Assembly: GCA_964452145.1 (NCBI GenBank)
Contig: CAYVLA010000114.1
Coordinates: 1-10,729, forward strand
DNA from: Candidatus Hadarchaeota archaeon
GTDB taxonomy: Archaea; CAYQAE01; CAYVLA01
Direction: 5' to 3'
Length of the DNA: 10,729 nt
Shown: piece after piece, positions 1 to 7,513 of the stretch
How the letters are laid out: each line of letters opens with the position of its first letter
Position numbering within the stretch: the first letter of the stretch is position 1
Program-made: the position numbers and the translations under genes
The notes under the pieces: generated by a model
Database searches by the model: none
What the model was told of the DNA's origin: nothing
Seen by the model: only the letters and a program-made list of their open reading frames with translations

Positions 1-865
1 TCGGTTTCCGCAGCTTCCATCATCACAGGGATCCATGACGACTCTGCCTGGCGAATACTCCACCACCACGTATCCCAGGCCAGAAAGCGGCAGGACCTCA
101 CCAAGCTCAGGAAGGTAGGTGTGGATGAGTCATCGATCAGAAAAGGACACAACTACCTCTCAGTGTTCTGCGATATTGACAGGTCCCGTGTTGTCCATGT
201 GGAGGAGGGTAAGGACTCCAAGGTGATCGGGTGCTTCAAGAACTGGTTGGGGGAAAAGGATGTGGATCCCAGACGGGTTGAGGAGTTCTGCTCGGATATG
301 TCCTCGGCCTACGTTCTAGGCATCACTGAGAGCTTCCCCTGGGCCGAGATAACCTTTGACAGGTACCATGTCATGGCGATGGTGAACAAGGCCCTTGACG
401 ATGTCAGGCGGCAGGAGAGAGCCCGGAACACTGTGCTCAGAGATGTGTTGAAGAACACCAGGTATCTGTGGCTTAAGAACCCTTCCAGCCTGACCAGCAA
501 GCAGCGGAAAAGGCTTGACCGCATCAAGAATCTGGATCTGAGGACTGCTCGGGCCTGGCATATCAAGACTGGTTTGCAGAGGCTCTGGGAGATCGGTGAT
601 CTGGAGGGCTACTCACAGCCGTCTTGAACCCATGATCGATCTGGCCAGAACGATCAAGAGGTACTGGGATGGGGTGCTTCTGTTTGTTCAAAGCAGGATC
701 AGCAACGGTGTGATCGAGGGTCTGATCAACAAGATCAAGATCGCTATGAGGAGGGCTTATGGGTTCAAGAGGCTGAAGTATCTCAAGACCGTCATCTACC
801 TGGTGGCTGGCGATTTAGACCTACCCACAATGGACGACCTACTCCACCTACCCACACAAAGTTGA
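1..865 (+). pseudogene. ISL3-family DDE transposase, 5'-partial (runs off the window), frameshifted near 600-610
   Basis: Frame 1 is open from base 1 and has ISL3 motifs VGVDE..IRKGHNY, CSDMS.AY, TFDRYHV and RYLWLKN. The C-terminal motifs ATHSRLEPM and SNGVIEGLINKIK...RRAYGFK are in frame 2 (596-865). Confidence 0.92.
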
Positions 866-873
866 AGAGAACC
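1..873 (+). mobile_element. ISL3 insertion sequence, right portion; right end ...gttgaagagaacc at 873
   Basis: The transposase stop lies inside the terminal sequence. The end reads GGTTCT on the minus strand, as is typical of ISL3. It is followed by an AT-rich 8-mer (agaaaaat, 874-881) consistent with an ISL3 target duplication. The left end is outside the window. Confidence 0.75.
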
Positions 874-887
874 AGAAAAATGTCGTG

Positions 888-919
888 AAGGGCCCCGGAT
901 CACGGCCCAAGGGCCCTTG
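888..919. terminator. Hairpin/palindrome between convergent genes
   Basis: Inverted repeat aagggccc(888-895)...gggccctt(911-918) and perfect palindrome caagggcccttg (908-919). No U-tract, so function is uncertain. Confidence 0.25.
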
Positions 920-1002
920 AGACATCGCGGTGGTTCATGGCTGTGAAGCTGGCATGCACGGGCCTCACGTCATCCCCGGCAGGGCAGGACTCCAGCTTCC
1001 CG

Positions 1003-1326
1003 TCACTGCCCCGCTTCTCGCTCGAGCCTCCTGCTCAGGGCCCTTCGTTCCCGGGCAGACTCCTCTGCCGAGATCACCGCCTTCGGCCCCTTCTCGAGGA
1101 GCTCCTTCAGGCCGGGCCGGGGTCGGGTCGCATTCAGCTCCTCGTGGGTCTTCTCCACCAGGCTGGCCAGCTCCTCATCCGGCCCGATCTCGTCAAGGTG
1201 CTCGGACAGCCTCACCTTGGGAGAGGTGATCCGGACCACCACGTCGGAGAAGCTCTCGCCCGGGCGCTTTGCGTTGCGAAGGGCCTCGTAGGCCTCCAGT
1301 TTGAGACGGATGGACTTCCTCGTCAT
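1003..1326 (-). CDS. Orphan VapB-type antitoxin (DUF217-like N-terminus) with extended C-terminus
   Basis: MTRKSIRLKLEAYEALRNAKRPGESFSDVVVRI matches the archaeal DUF217 pattern (K.I.L..EAY..L...K..GESFSDV..R). The likely start is ATG 1326 (or 1335), not 1407. No PIN gene follows. Confidence 0.8.
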   Translation of the reverse strand: MTRKSIRLKLEAYEALRNAKRPGESFSDVVVRITSPKVRLSEHLDEIGPDEELASLVEKTHEELNATRPRPGLKELLEKGPKAVISAEESARERRALSRRLEREAGQ

Positions 1327-1440
1327 GGGGTCCATAGGTTGAACGCGCTTATCTCGCTTTCCTTGCGGGCTGGGACTCGCGTTCATCACACGCTTCCACC
1401 TCTCCACGGCTTGTGCTTATCTATCATTGCAGCAAGATGA

Positions 1441-1635
1441 TCCCGATTTCGACTCGATACCGGAGACCACCAGGATACTGATTTCGGTCTGTACGACATC
1501 GCCCTTGATGAACTGTCGCAGGGCAAGACCATCCCGCTCGAGGCACTTCAGGAGTTCCTCAACGCCATCCCTGACAAGACCGAGGCGACCAAGGAAGTTG
1601 ACTGGGACGAGGAACACTACGAGGAATTCGATTAG
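1441..1635 (+). pseudogene. Start-less acidic ORF remnant (64 codons)
   Basis: Reads SRFRLDTGDHQDTDFGLYDIALDELSQGKTIPLEALQEFLNAIPDKTEATKEVDWDEEHYEEFD*. It looks protein-like but is preceded by TGA 1438-1440 and has no ATG. Confidence 0.35.
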
Positions 1636-1740
1636 GGAGCCTTCGCCAGGTCACTGCCAATCGATGAAGCATCCGAACGACTGCTGGGTGCGTCAATTCC
1701 CTGTGCCGTAAAGCTGGCACTATGGTTGCCTTGAGCCATC

Positions 1741-1949
1741 TCACCATCGGCGGATCTCCCTGGAACCGCTCCAGTTGGGAGCCCTGCTCTCCGCTCGCAG
1801 CTTCCCGACCTCAGCGGCGGCGCCTCGACTTCCCTGCGGTCCATCTCCTCCTCGAAGGCCTTCCTCGCCACCTGGCTGAAGTTGATCTAGCCATGACGCC
1901 TCATCTGCTGCCTCAGATCCTCGGGAACGTTGATCGTCACCTTAGCCAT
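1741..1949 (-). pseudogene. vapB: RHH-type VapB antitoxin pseudogene
   Basis: GGGTGATC precedes ATG 1949. Reads MAKVTINVPEDLRQQMRRHG*INFSQVARKAFEEEMDRREVE, frameshifts near 1820 to AAAEVGKLRAESRAPNWSGSREIRRW*. Resembles the antitoxin at 9771. In-frame TAG at 1887-1889. Confidence 0.8.
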
Positions 1950-2015
1950 GATCACCCGCCTGCATGTCTATGGCCCGCGCGATTGATGGTAATGTCCTGC
2001 GTGCTTCTTGGGCCC

Positions 2016-2669
2016 TCATGTCCACCCGCATATTTCGCGGGGATGGACTACCTCTATGCCTACTGCTTCCTTGATCTGGGCTGCAAGGTCCAGTATCTTT
2101 CGATCAATGGTGAGAAAGCTACATGCTGCACCTGCCCTGTCGATCGCCGCTGCGCCCGCGACATTCTCCAGATCGGATCTGCCAAGCTCTGCAGCCTTTT
2201 CGCGAAGGATCGCGATGCACAGAGTCCTGGCCTCATTGCACCTTTCCTCCAGAACCACATCGGCGCATCGAGCGATCGATAGTCTGATCATCGCGAGTTC
2301 CTGATTGACCCACAACATGAAAGAGCCGAAGTGGGCAACCCAGGTGGATGCATTCTGATCGAAGTGCCGGTGAAGATCTCTTGACCTCTCTTCAAAGAAT
2401 GCGAAGAGATTCCCATACTGGTTGTGGCCGCGAAGGTGTCGGAGGGCGGACTCAATGCTCTGCCCCGACCTGTGCCACTCCCTGAGCAAGATTGCCATCA
2501 TGGCGTACTTGTGTTCCAGTGTGTCCTCCACTTCCTTCTCCACGCTGGGCAGCATCACCCACCGGTCCCTCGTCAGTTCATAGGCCTTGACGCAGTGGGA
2601 GTGATCGGGTTCCGTCTCGATCACGATGCTGTAGAAGATGCAGGTGTCCGGAGCAATCCTCTCGGGCAT
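2016..2669 (-). CDS. Enlarged PIN-domain protein (~217 aa), putative ribonuclease
   Basis: PIN acidic residues appear in order: RIAPDTCIF, PSVEKEV, GRSDLENVAGA, FLTIDRKIL, then IEVVHP. A long helical segment lies between the E and the next D. Start taken as ATG 2669 after GGTGG. Confidence 0.7.
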   Translation of the reverse strand: MPERIAPDTCIFYSIVIETEPDHSHCVKAYELTRDRWVMLPSVEKEVEDTLEHKYAMMAILLREWHRSGQSIESALRHLRGHNQYGNLFAFFEERSRDLHRHFDQNASTWVAHFGSFMLWVNQELAMIRLSIARCADVVLEERCNEARTLCIAILREKAAELGRSDLENVAGAAAIDRAGAACSFLTIDRKILDLAAQIKEAVGIEVVHPREICGWT

Positions 2670-2688
2670 CACGCATACCCACCGGACA

Positions 2689-3387
2689 TCAGAATACGGC
2701 TCTCGCAAGCGTATCGAAGTAGATCTGCTGTATCATGCTGGAACGGGAATAGGACATCTCGGGCTCGATTCTCAAGCCTGCCTTCGCGGCCGCCTCCGCG
2801 AGCTTTGCCACCCTAGCCCGGAGGAGCCGGGTATCGCAGGCCTTCCCTGTAGCCCTGCCGGCATCTTCCCTCTGGAAGACCATGATCAGCAGGACCCATA
2901 TCGCCTCCGTCAAGGCTTCGAGGACGGGCCCTGGAACCGTGCCATCCTCGTGGATCTTCGTGGAAAGGTCGATGCAGAAGTTCCTCACGGCCCTGGCGGC
3001 AAGGGACCAGGCCATGGCCTCCTCGATTTGCTCGCTCGAATTGGCAATCCACTCGCAGCACTTGTCCTCGTATTCCCCGAGCATTGCCGCCATTATCTGG
3101 AGCGATCCCCTGACGATGTCGCCCCTGACCTTCTCCCCCCTTGATCTCAGGCTGAGCTTGCGGATCACGGTCCCGATCTCCCTGGTCGTCCGCTGAACGA
3201 CCGCAACGCTGATCTCCCCCGTATCCTCATACTCATCCCCGAGCTTGCCGAAGAACCGGTCAGCCATCCTCCGCCTAACCGACTGCGGGATGGGTTTCTC
3301 CGGAAACATGAACTGGACGAACTCCATGCGGAAGGTCTCAAGCTCGTGTTGCGTCAGGTCGACCAGGCTCAAATCCTGCATGATCAC
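2689..3387 (-). CDS. Hypothetical, mostly alpha-helical protein (232 aa), co-oriented upstream of the PIN gene
   Basis: Long ORF with natural composition, ending 19 bp before the PIN start. GTG 3387 or ATG 3381. No family recognised. Confidence 0.75.
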   Translation of the reverse strand: MIMQDLSLVDLTQHELETFRMEFVQFMFPEKPIPQSVRRRMADRFFGKLGDEYEDTGEISVAVVQRTTREIGTVIRKLSLRSRGEKVRGDIVRGSLQIMAAMLGEYEDKCCEWIANSSEQIEEAMAWSLAARAVRNFCIDLSTKIHEDGTVPGPVLEALTEAIWVLLIMVFQREDAGRATGKACDTRLLRARVAKLAEAAAKAGLRIEPEMSYSRSSMIQQIYFDTLARAVF

Positions 3388-3421
3388 GCTTCCCCGATTG
3401 CCAAGATGGTCGCAGGGATTG

Positions 3422-3427
3422 ATTAAG
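3422..3427 (-). promoter_or_regulatory. Possible TATA-like element (CTTAAT) for the 3387/2669 operon
   Basis: AT-rich hexamer ~35 bp upstream of the start; weak match. Confidence 0.3.
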
Positions 3428-3604
3428 AGTACCTTCTGAAGAATGTATCAGGTCATTAGAAGACCATCGCTGAAGGTACGCCAAACGTAGGGTTACAGTT
3501 CGCAATCATGAAACCGTCCTACTGTCACCCGCAGTGCAGCGTTGCCAACGGGGCATTCCCGGATACACACGGTTACCAACACACAGGACAGTGACGATGC
3601 GCTA

Positions 3605-3620
3605 GGAAACACTTTAGAGA
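3605..3620 (+). promoter_or_regulatory. Possible BRE/TATA for tRNA-Cys
   Basis: ggaaacacTTTAGAga ~27-32 bp upstream of the tRNA 5' end. Confidence 0.35.
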
Positions 3621-3644
3621 AACTCACCCGGCATTCAGAGGCAC

Positions 3645-3716
3645 GCTGGGGTAGCCTAGAGGCGAGGCGGCGGACTGCAGATCCGCTATACAGGGGTTCA
3701 AGTCCCTTCCCCAGCT
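3645..3716 (+). tRNA. trnC: tRNA-Cys (GCA), intronless, CCA not encoded
   Basis: Acceptor GCTGGGG/CCCCAGC with U73; D arm GCC/GGC; anticodon stem GCGGA/TCCGC with loop CT-GCA-GA (anticodon 3677-3679); T arm AGGGG-TTCAAGT-CCCTT. Confidence 0.97.
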
Positions 3717-3784
3717 TTCATTCCTCCCAACTCGGAAGCCCGGGCCGAGACCTTTCTGGCCGTCATGCGATCGTGACTTGCCAC

Positions 3785-3800
3785 AACACGCTTCTTGCCA
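3785..3800 (+). repeat. 16-bp direct repeat, copy 1 (aacacgcttcttgcca)
   Basis: Identical to 6340-6355. Confidence 0.85.
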
Positions 3801-3852
3801 CTGACATACATTGATGCACACCCGGGACTCTGCCGCGTATGTGAGTGTTCGT

Positions 3853-5448
3853 CTACCGGGTTTGCAGCTTGATGACACGGACGTCTCCTTCCCCATGGCC
3901 TGCCAGCACTATGGCCCCTTCACCTTCTGCGACTGACAGGATCGCGGGGATGTGGAAGCCGTGGAACTGCTCCGGATCCTCAAAGGCGTAGCAGGGATCT
4001 CGCCATTCCCATACCGCGTCCCCGGCTTCATCGATCTTCAGAAGGGATGCGGCAGTGGCCATGAGGTATCCGCCTTCCTCCGCCCCGCAGAGGGAGATCG
4101 CGCCGCCTCCCAGCCCGTACGACCTATCCCACTCCTTCCAGCCTTGGGCATCGATCTTCAAGAGATAGGCGTAGGTGCGCTCGGGTTCTGCGATCTGCAC
4201 GGGGCCCTCTCCCTCGCCGTAGTCAATAGCGTGGACCTTGATCTCTGATCTCTGCCCCGCGATCAGGTATCCGCCATCAGGGGTGTTAATGACGCATGAT
4301 GCCGAGTAGTAGTCCTCCCCCCCATACGTCCGGTTCCAGTCAACCTCGCCATCTCTGGTCAGCGCAAGGAGAAGGATGTCCGAAGTCTCCCCTGGCCTCA
4401 TCTCCATGCGTGGACTCGTTGAGCCTGCGACAAGATATCCACCGTCGAATCTGAGGGCAATTGATTGCGATCCGGCACTGAAGCCCACCAGATAGTTGCT
4501 ATCGACGGAGAAGGGGCGAAGCCCGACCCAGTCCTCGCCTCCCGTGTCGTACTCATCATCCCAGATCTCCTCTCCCTGTTCATCGATCTTGATGACCCTT
4601 ATGTTGCTCTTAGAAGGCCCGAAGACCGGCGGGCCGCCCCAGGTGTGGGTGTTGCCCACAACGATGTAGCCACCTCCCGGATCCTCGATAAGGGAGAAGG
4701 CCCTGTCCTGGCGCCTTCCATCATAGGTTCTGTCCCAGATGGTGTTCCCATCCTGGTCCAGCCGAAGCACCCGGAAGTCCTCGTTCCCGCGTACGCCGAA
4801 TCCAGCAATCACGATGGAACCATCACTAGCAACGACGAGATCGTATCCTCTCTCAGTGTTTTCTCCCCCGATGCTTCTCTCCCACTCCACTTCCCCGCCA
4901 TCACTCACCGATAGCACGTAGATGTTGCAGGCGCCCGTTCCACAATCCGTGGTCCCCGCAACAACGTATCCCCCGCCAGGCATCGAGGCAATAGAGCTAG
5001 CGCCACCGGAGGCATAGGTCTTGTTCCACGACATGTTTGGTGCAGCGCTGGATTCACCCATGCAGGACTTGTCATGGTGTTGGTCCTGATTCGGGCCAGC
5101 ACTGTGGGACTGGATCACAGCGATGGCTGAGAAGATGATGATCGCCACAAGCACCAGATGAGCATTCCTCCCGAATGATGCTCGGCTGTACAGCATCAAG
5201 GAAAGCGCAACGATACTGATTGCCAGCGTGATGATCACTAGATCCGAAAGGGCGATCGCGGTCGGGGGGGCATAGACGCCCTTCCATTCAGCCATCTGCC
5301 TAAAGGTTCCGGGCACCAATGAGAACAGGAAGGCGAGATAGGGACAGGCAAGGGCAAGGTACTTCGCCCGCATGCTCAGAACATGTTTACCATTCTCATC
5401 CGAGCTCGCCTCCTCGTTGTCCTCGCTCTCCAGTATTCTCGTCATCAC
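3853..5448 (-). CDS. Membrane-anchored beta-propeller repeat protein (~3 N-terminal TM helices, ~7 blades)
   Basis: Three hydrophobic N-terminal segments, then repeats W.(R/K)(T/S)YGG....S.....DGGY..AG with intervening ..LK.D..G...W. Start (GTG 5448/ATG 5445) overlaps the upstream stop. Confidence 0.85.
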   Translation of the reverse strand: MMTRILESEDNEEASSDENGKHVLSMRAKYLALACPYLAFLFSLVPGTFRQMAEWKGVYAPPTAIALSDLVIITLAISIVALSLMLYSRASFGRNAHLVLVAIIIFSAIAVIQSHSAGPNQDQHHDKSCMGESSAAPNMSWNKTYASGGASSIASMPGGGYVVAGTTDCGTGACNIYVLSVSDGGEVEWERSIGGENTERGYDLVVASDGSIVIAGFGVRGNEDFRVLRLDQDGNTIWDRTYDGRRQDRAFSLIEDPGGGYIVVGNTHTWGGPPVFGPSKSNIRVIKIDEQGEEIWDDEYDTGGEDWVGLRPFSVDSNYLVGFSAGSQSIALRFDGGYLVAGSTSPRMEMRPGETSDILLLALTRDGEVDWNRTYGGEDYYSASCVINTPDGGYLIAGQRSEIKVHAIDYGEGEGPVQIAEPERTYAYLLKIDAQGWKEWDRSYGLGGGAISLCGAEEGGYLMATAASLLKIDEAGDAVWEWRDPCYAFEDPEQFHGFHIPAILSVAEGEGAIVLAGHGEGDVRVIKLQTR

Positions 5449-5963
5449 ATCACCTGTCTCAGCCCCTGGGCAATTCTAGCCGTGGATAAGCCCAGGGTGA
5501 AGAAGAAGACGGATTGAAGCATCGACAGGAATGGCTGACCCAGCTGGATGCGCCCGGACAGGGACAATGCCAGGATAAGGGCGATCGTGGTGGCCGAGGT
5601 ATGAAGGACCTTGTCGATTGCCGGGAAGAGACTGACTGGGCTGCCTCCCGTGGCGTGGCTGGCGAGGCTGTCCCGGGCATGGCGCGTTAGCCTGTAGGGC
5701 TTGGCGCTTCCGAACATCTTCCTCGACACCAGCCCTCTTGCCGAGAGCTTCGCCAAGACTCGCCTGATCCTGGTGTAGCTGGTCATGTAGCCTTCCTGAC
5801 CCTTCACCACGCCGTATATCTCCTCAACTAGCTCGGCTATGGACCGGGCCCCACTGACCAGGCTCTGTATCACGCTGACCTGCAACGGTTCCCCCGATTC
5901 TTCGGCGAGAAGCCTGATTGCTGCCCTTCTGAGGGCCTCTTCCGGCTCCTTCCCTGTGGCCAT
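5445..5963 (-). CDS. Winged-helix DNA-binding protein with two C-terminal TM helices
   Basis: VIQSLVSGARSIAELVEEIYG...YTRIRRVLAKLSARGLVSRKMFGSAKPYRLT is a wHTH pattern, followed by two hydrophobic helices. Start at ATG 5963, downstream of TTTAAA. Confidence 0.8.
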   Translation of the reverse strand: MATGKEPEEALRRAAIRLLAEESGEPLQVSVIQSLVSGARSIAELVEEIYGVVKGQEGYMTSYTRIRRVLAKLSARGLVSRKMFGSAKPYRLTRHARDSLASHATGGSPVSLFPAIDKVLHTSATTIALILALSLSGRIQLGQPFLSMLQSVFFFTLGLSTARIAQGLRQVM

Positions 5964-6012
5964 ATGTCGTCGCTGCAAGTATTCCAGCCGCCAAATCTGG
6001 GAGCCTCCATCA

Positions 6013-6018
6013 TTTAAA
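6013..6018 (-). promoter_or_regulatory. TATA box (TTTAAA) for the wHTH/beta-propeller operon
   Basis: Canonical archaeal TATA ~50 bp upstream of ATG 5963. Confidence 0.55.
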
Positions 6019-6090
6019 GTGCCCGAAGTTTTCAAAGACGAAAACCGTCAGGGCCACCCGTCGGGAAGATCCGAGACTAGTGGTAGCCAC

Positions 6091-6339
6091 TCAGCGCAGC
6101 GAGGACACGCCGCGCCTCCCCTCCGCACTTCCGGGTTCCCGGTCAGCCCTTTGGAAATAGGCCAGCATGGCCACGCCGCAGATCGCTGTCACCAGGAAAA
6201 CTGCGGCTTCCCGCGCCCGGATGATCCTTGGAGCATCAGGACTGGGGGCAATGCTGGCCAGCACTGCGAGGCGGTGTGAAGTGACCCGGTAGGGCCTGTC
6301 CCTCCCCAGCATCCTCGTAGTGACAAGTCCCTTCTGCTG
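6091..6339 (-). pseudogene. 5'-truncated paralog of the wHTH-TM regulator
   Basis: Extending the 6312 ORF upstream gives QQKGLVTTRMLGRDRPYRVTSH, which aligns with SARGLVSRKMFGSAKPYRLTRH of 5445-5963. One TM helix follows. The HTH part is missing and similarity stops at ~6340. Confidence 0.7.
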
Positions 6340-6355
6340 AACACGCTTCTTGCCA
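6340..6355 (+). repeat. 16-bp direct repeat, copy 2 (aacacgcttcttgcca)
   Basis: Identical to 3785-3800. Confidence 0.85.
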
Positions 6356-6418
6356 TCTCAACATTCCTTTTCCCTGGGATCTCTCCTTATGCTCGCGCAT
6401 GCTCCTGGCACATACATA

Positions 6419-6440
6419 TTTATATTACATAGCTGTAATA
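6419..6440 (+). promoter_or_regulatory. TATA box (TTTATA 6419-6424) overlapped by a palindromic operator
   Basis: TATTACA-tagc-TGTAATA (6423-6440). ATG at 6447 suggests a leaderless mRNA. Typical layout for TA autoregulation. Confidence 0.7.
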
Positions 6441-6446
6441 CAAGAC

Positions 6447-6676
6447 ATGCCAGATCAGGTGATGATCACCGCCCGGATTCCCGGGGAACTCAAGAGGCGG
6501 CTCGACGAGCTGGAGGTGAACATCAGCGCCCTCGTCCGCAGATCCCTCGAGGGAGAGCTCAGGCGCCTGGAGATGGAGCGCCTGCAGAGGCGAGCCGAGG
6601 ATGCCGCCCAGCAGCTGGAGAGGATACCCCCGGCGAGATCGTGAAGGCCATAAGAGCCGGAAGGGAGTCTCGTTGA
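6447..6676 (+). CDS. vapB: RHH (CcdA/VapB-like) antitoxin, frameshifted at C5 run 6627-6631
   Basis: MPDQVMITARIPGELKRRLDELEVNISALVRRSLE... The typical tail GEIVKAIRAGRESR* is in another frame, and its TGA overlaps the toxin TTG. As written the ORF stops at 6644. Confidence 0.8.
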
Positions 6677-7104
6677 AGCAGGAGGCCCTCTTCGATGCCG
6701 GGAGCATCCTGGAGCTGGTCAGACGCCTGAAAGCCAGGGCACCTCCCGTCCTGTCCGAAGGCTCAACGCTGTCCCTGGCCTTCTACGAAGTAGGGAACGC
6801 CATATGGAAGCAGTGCCACCTGCAGGGCCGGCTGGACGCCCGCGAAGGCACGGGCCTTCTGAGCACACTGATCGCCATCATCGGGGCCATGGACGTGGTT
6901 ACACCCGACAGCGAGGAGTCCGCAGGCAGGGCCCTTGAGCTTGCAGGCCGCCTGCGCCTGACCTACTACGATGCATCCTACCTGGCGGAGGCGAGGAGCT
7001 CCGGGAAGATCCTCGTGACCGACGATGCCGAGCTGCTCCAAGCCGCCCGCAAGGCGGGGGTGAAGTCCATGACCAGCGAAGCCTTCCAGGGCTCCCTCGG
7101 TTAG
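6673..7104 (+). CDS. vapC: VapC PIN-domain toxin
   Basis: LFDAGSI, AFYEVGNAIWK, LTYYDASYL, LVTDDAEL. TTG start at 6673. Confidence 0.93.
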   Translation: MKQEALFDAGSILELVRRLKARAPPVLSEGSTLSLAFYEVGNAIWKQCHLQGRLDAREGTGLLSTLIAIIGAMDVVTPDSEESAGRALELAGRLRLTYYDASYLAEARSSGKILVTDDAELLQAARKAGVKSMTSEAFQGSLG

Positions 7105-7513
7105 CACCGGGCAGCGGAGGGAGGAGATGAGGGCCTCGGCATCAAGTCAAGGACTTCCACGCGGGCGTTGGAGAACCGCTCGTTGTTCCTGGAAAACCCC
7201 TCCTTGAAGGTCACTCCCTCGTTGGGCCAGGGCCGGGCTTTCCGCCGGACGGGCTCAAGCATATGACGGATGAATCCCGTAGCTGTGAGGCCGGTGCGTG
7301 GATGAGGCGCCGGTAGCCAGGACAAGGAGCCGCTCGGCGAACGGAGCAAACTATCGTTGGGTGCTCCGCGTTCGGGTCACACAATGGCCAGGGTGACGCT
7401 CCCGGGCCCATCTGAATTACGGGCCCTAAGCATGAGTCACAGGTCCTCAAAGTAGTCGAGAACGTGGTCCGCGCATTCGTCCAGTCCCTGGCATGGATCC
7501 AGACTTGACCATG

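Noticed and set aside
819..856. Repeat acctacccaca (819-829, 846-856) near the IS end
   Set aside because: Small local duplication in the transposase tail or subterminal region, with no array structure.
930..3196. Plus-strand ORFs 930-1229, 937-1440, 1722-2282, 2424-2816, 2638-3144 and 2882-3196
   Set aside because: Antisense shadows of minus-strand genes in GC-rich DNA, with no motifs.
6324..6334. 11-bp match (caagtcccttc) to the tRNA-Cys T arm 3699-3709 as a possible att site
   Set aside because: It is short, does not extend to the tRNA 3' end, and is explained by the KGLV codons of the wHTH paralog. Its closeness to the 16-bp repeat is noted.
7101..7510. Short minus-strand protein-like stretches (EGVTFKEGFSRNNERFSNARVEVLDL; QGLDECADHVLDYFEDL)
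   Set aside because: Too short, with no recognisable family or clear start. They may be gene scraps but cannot be supported.
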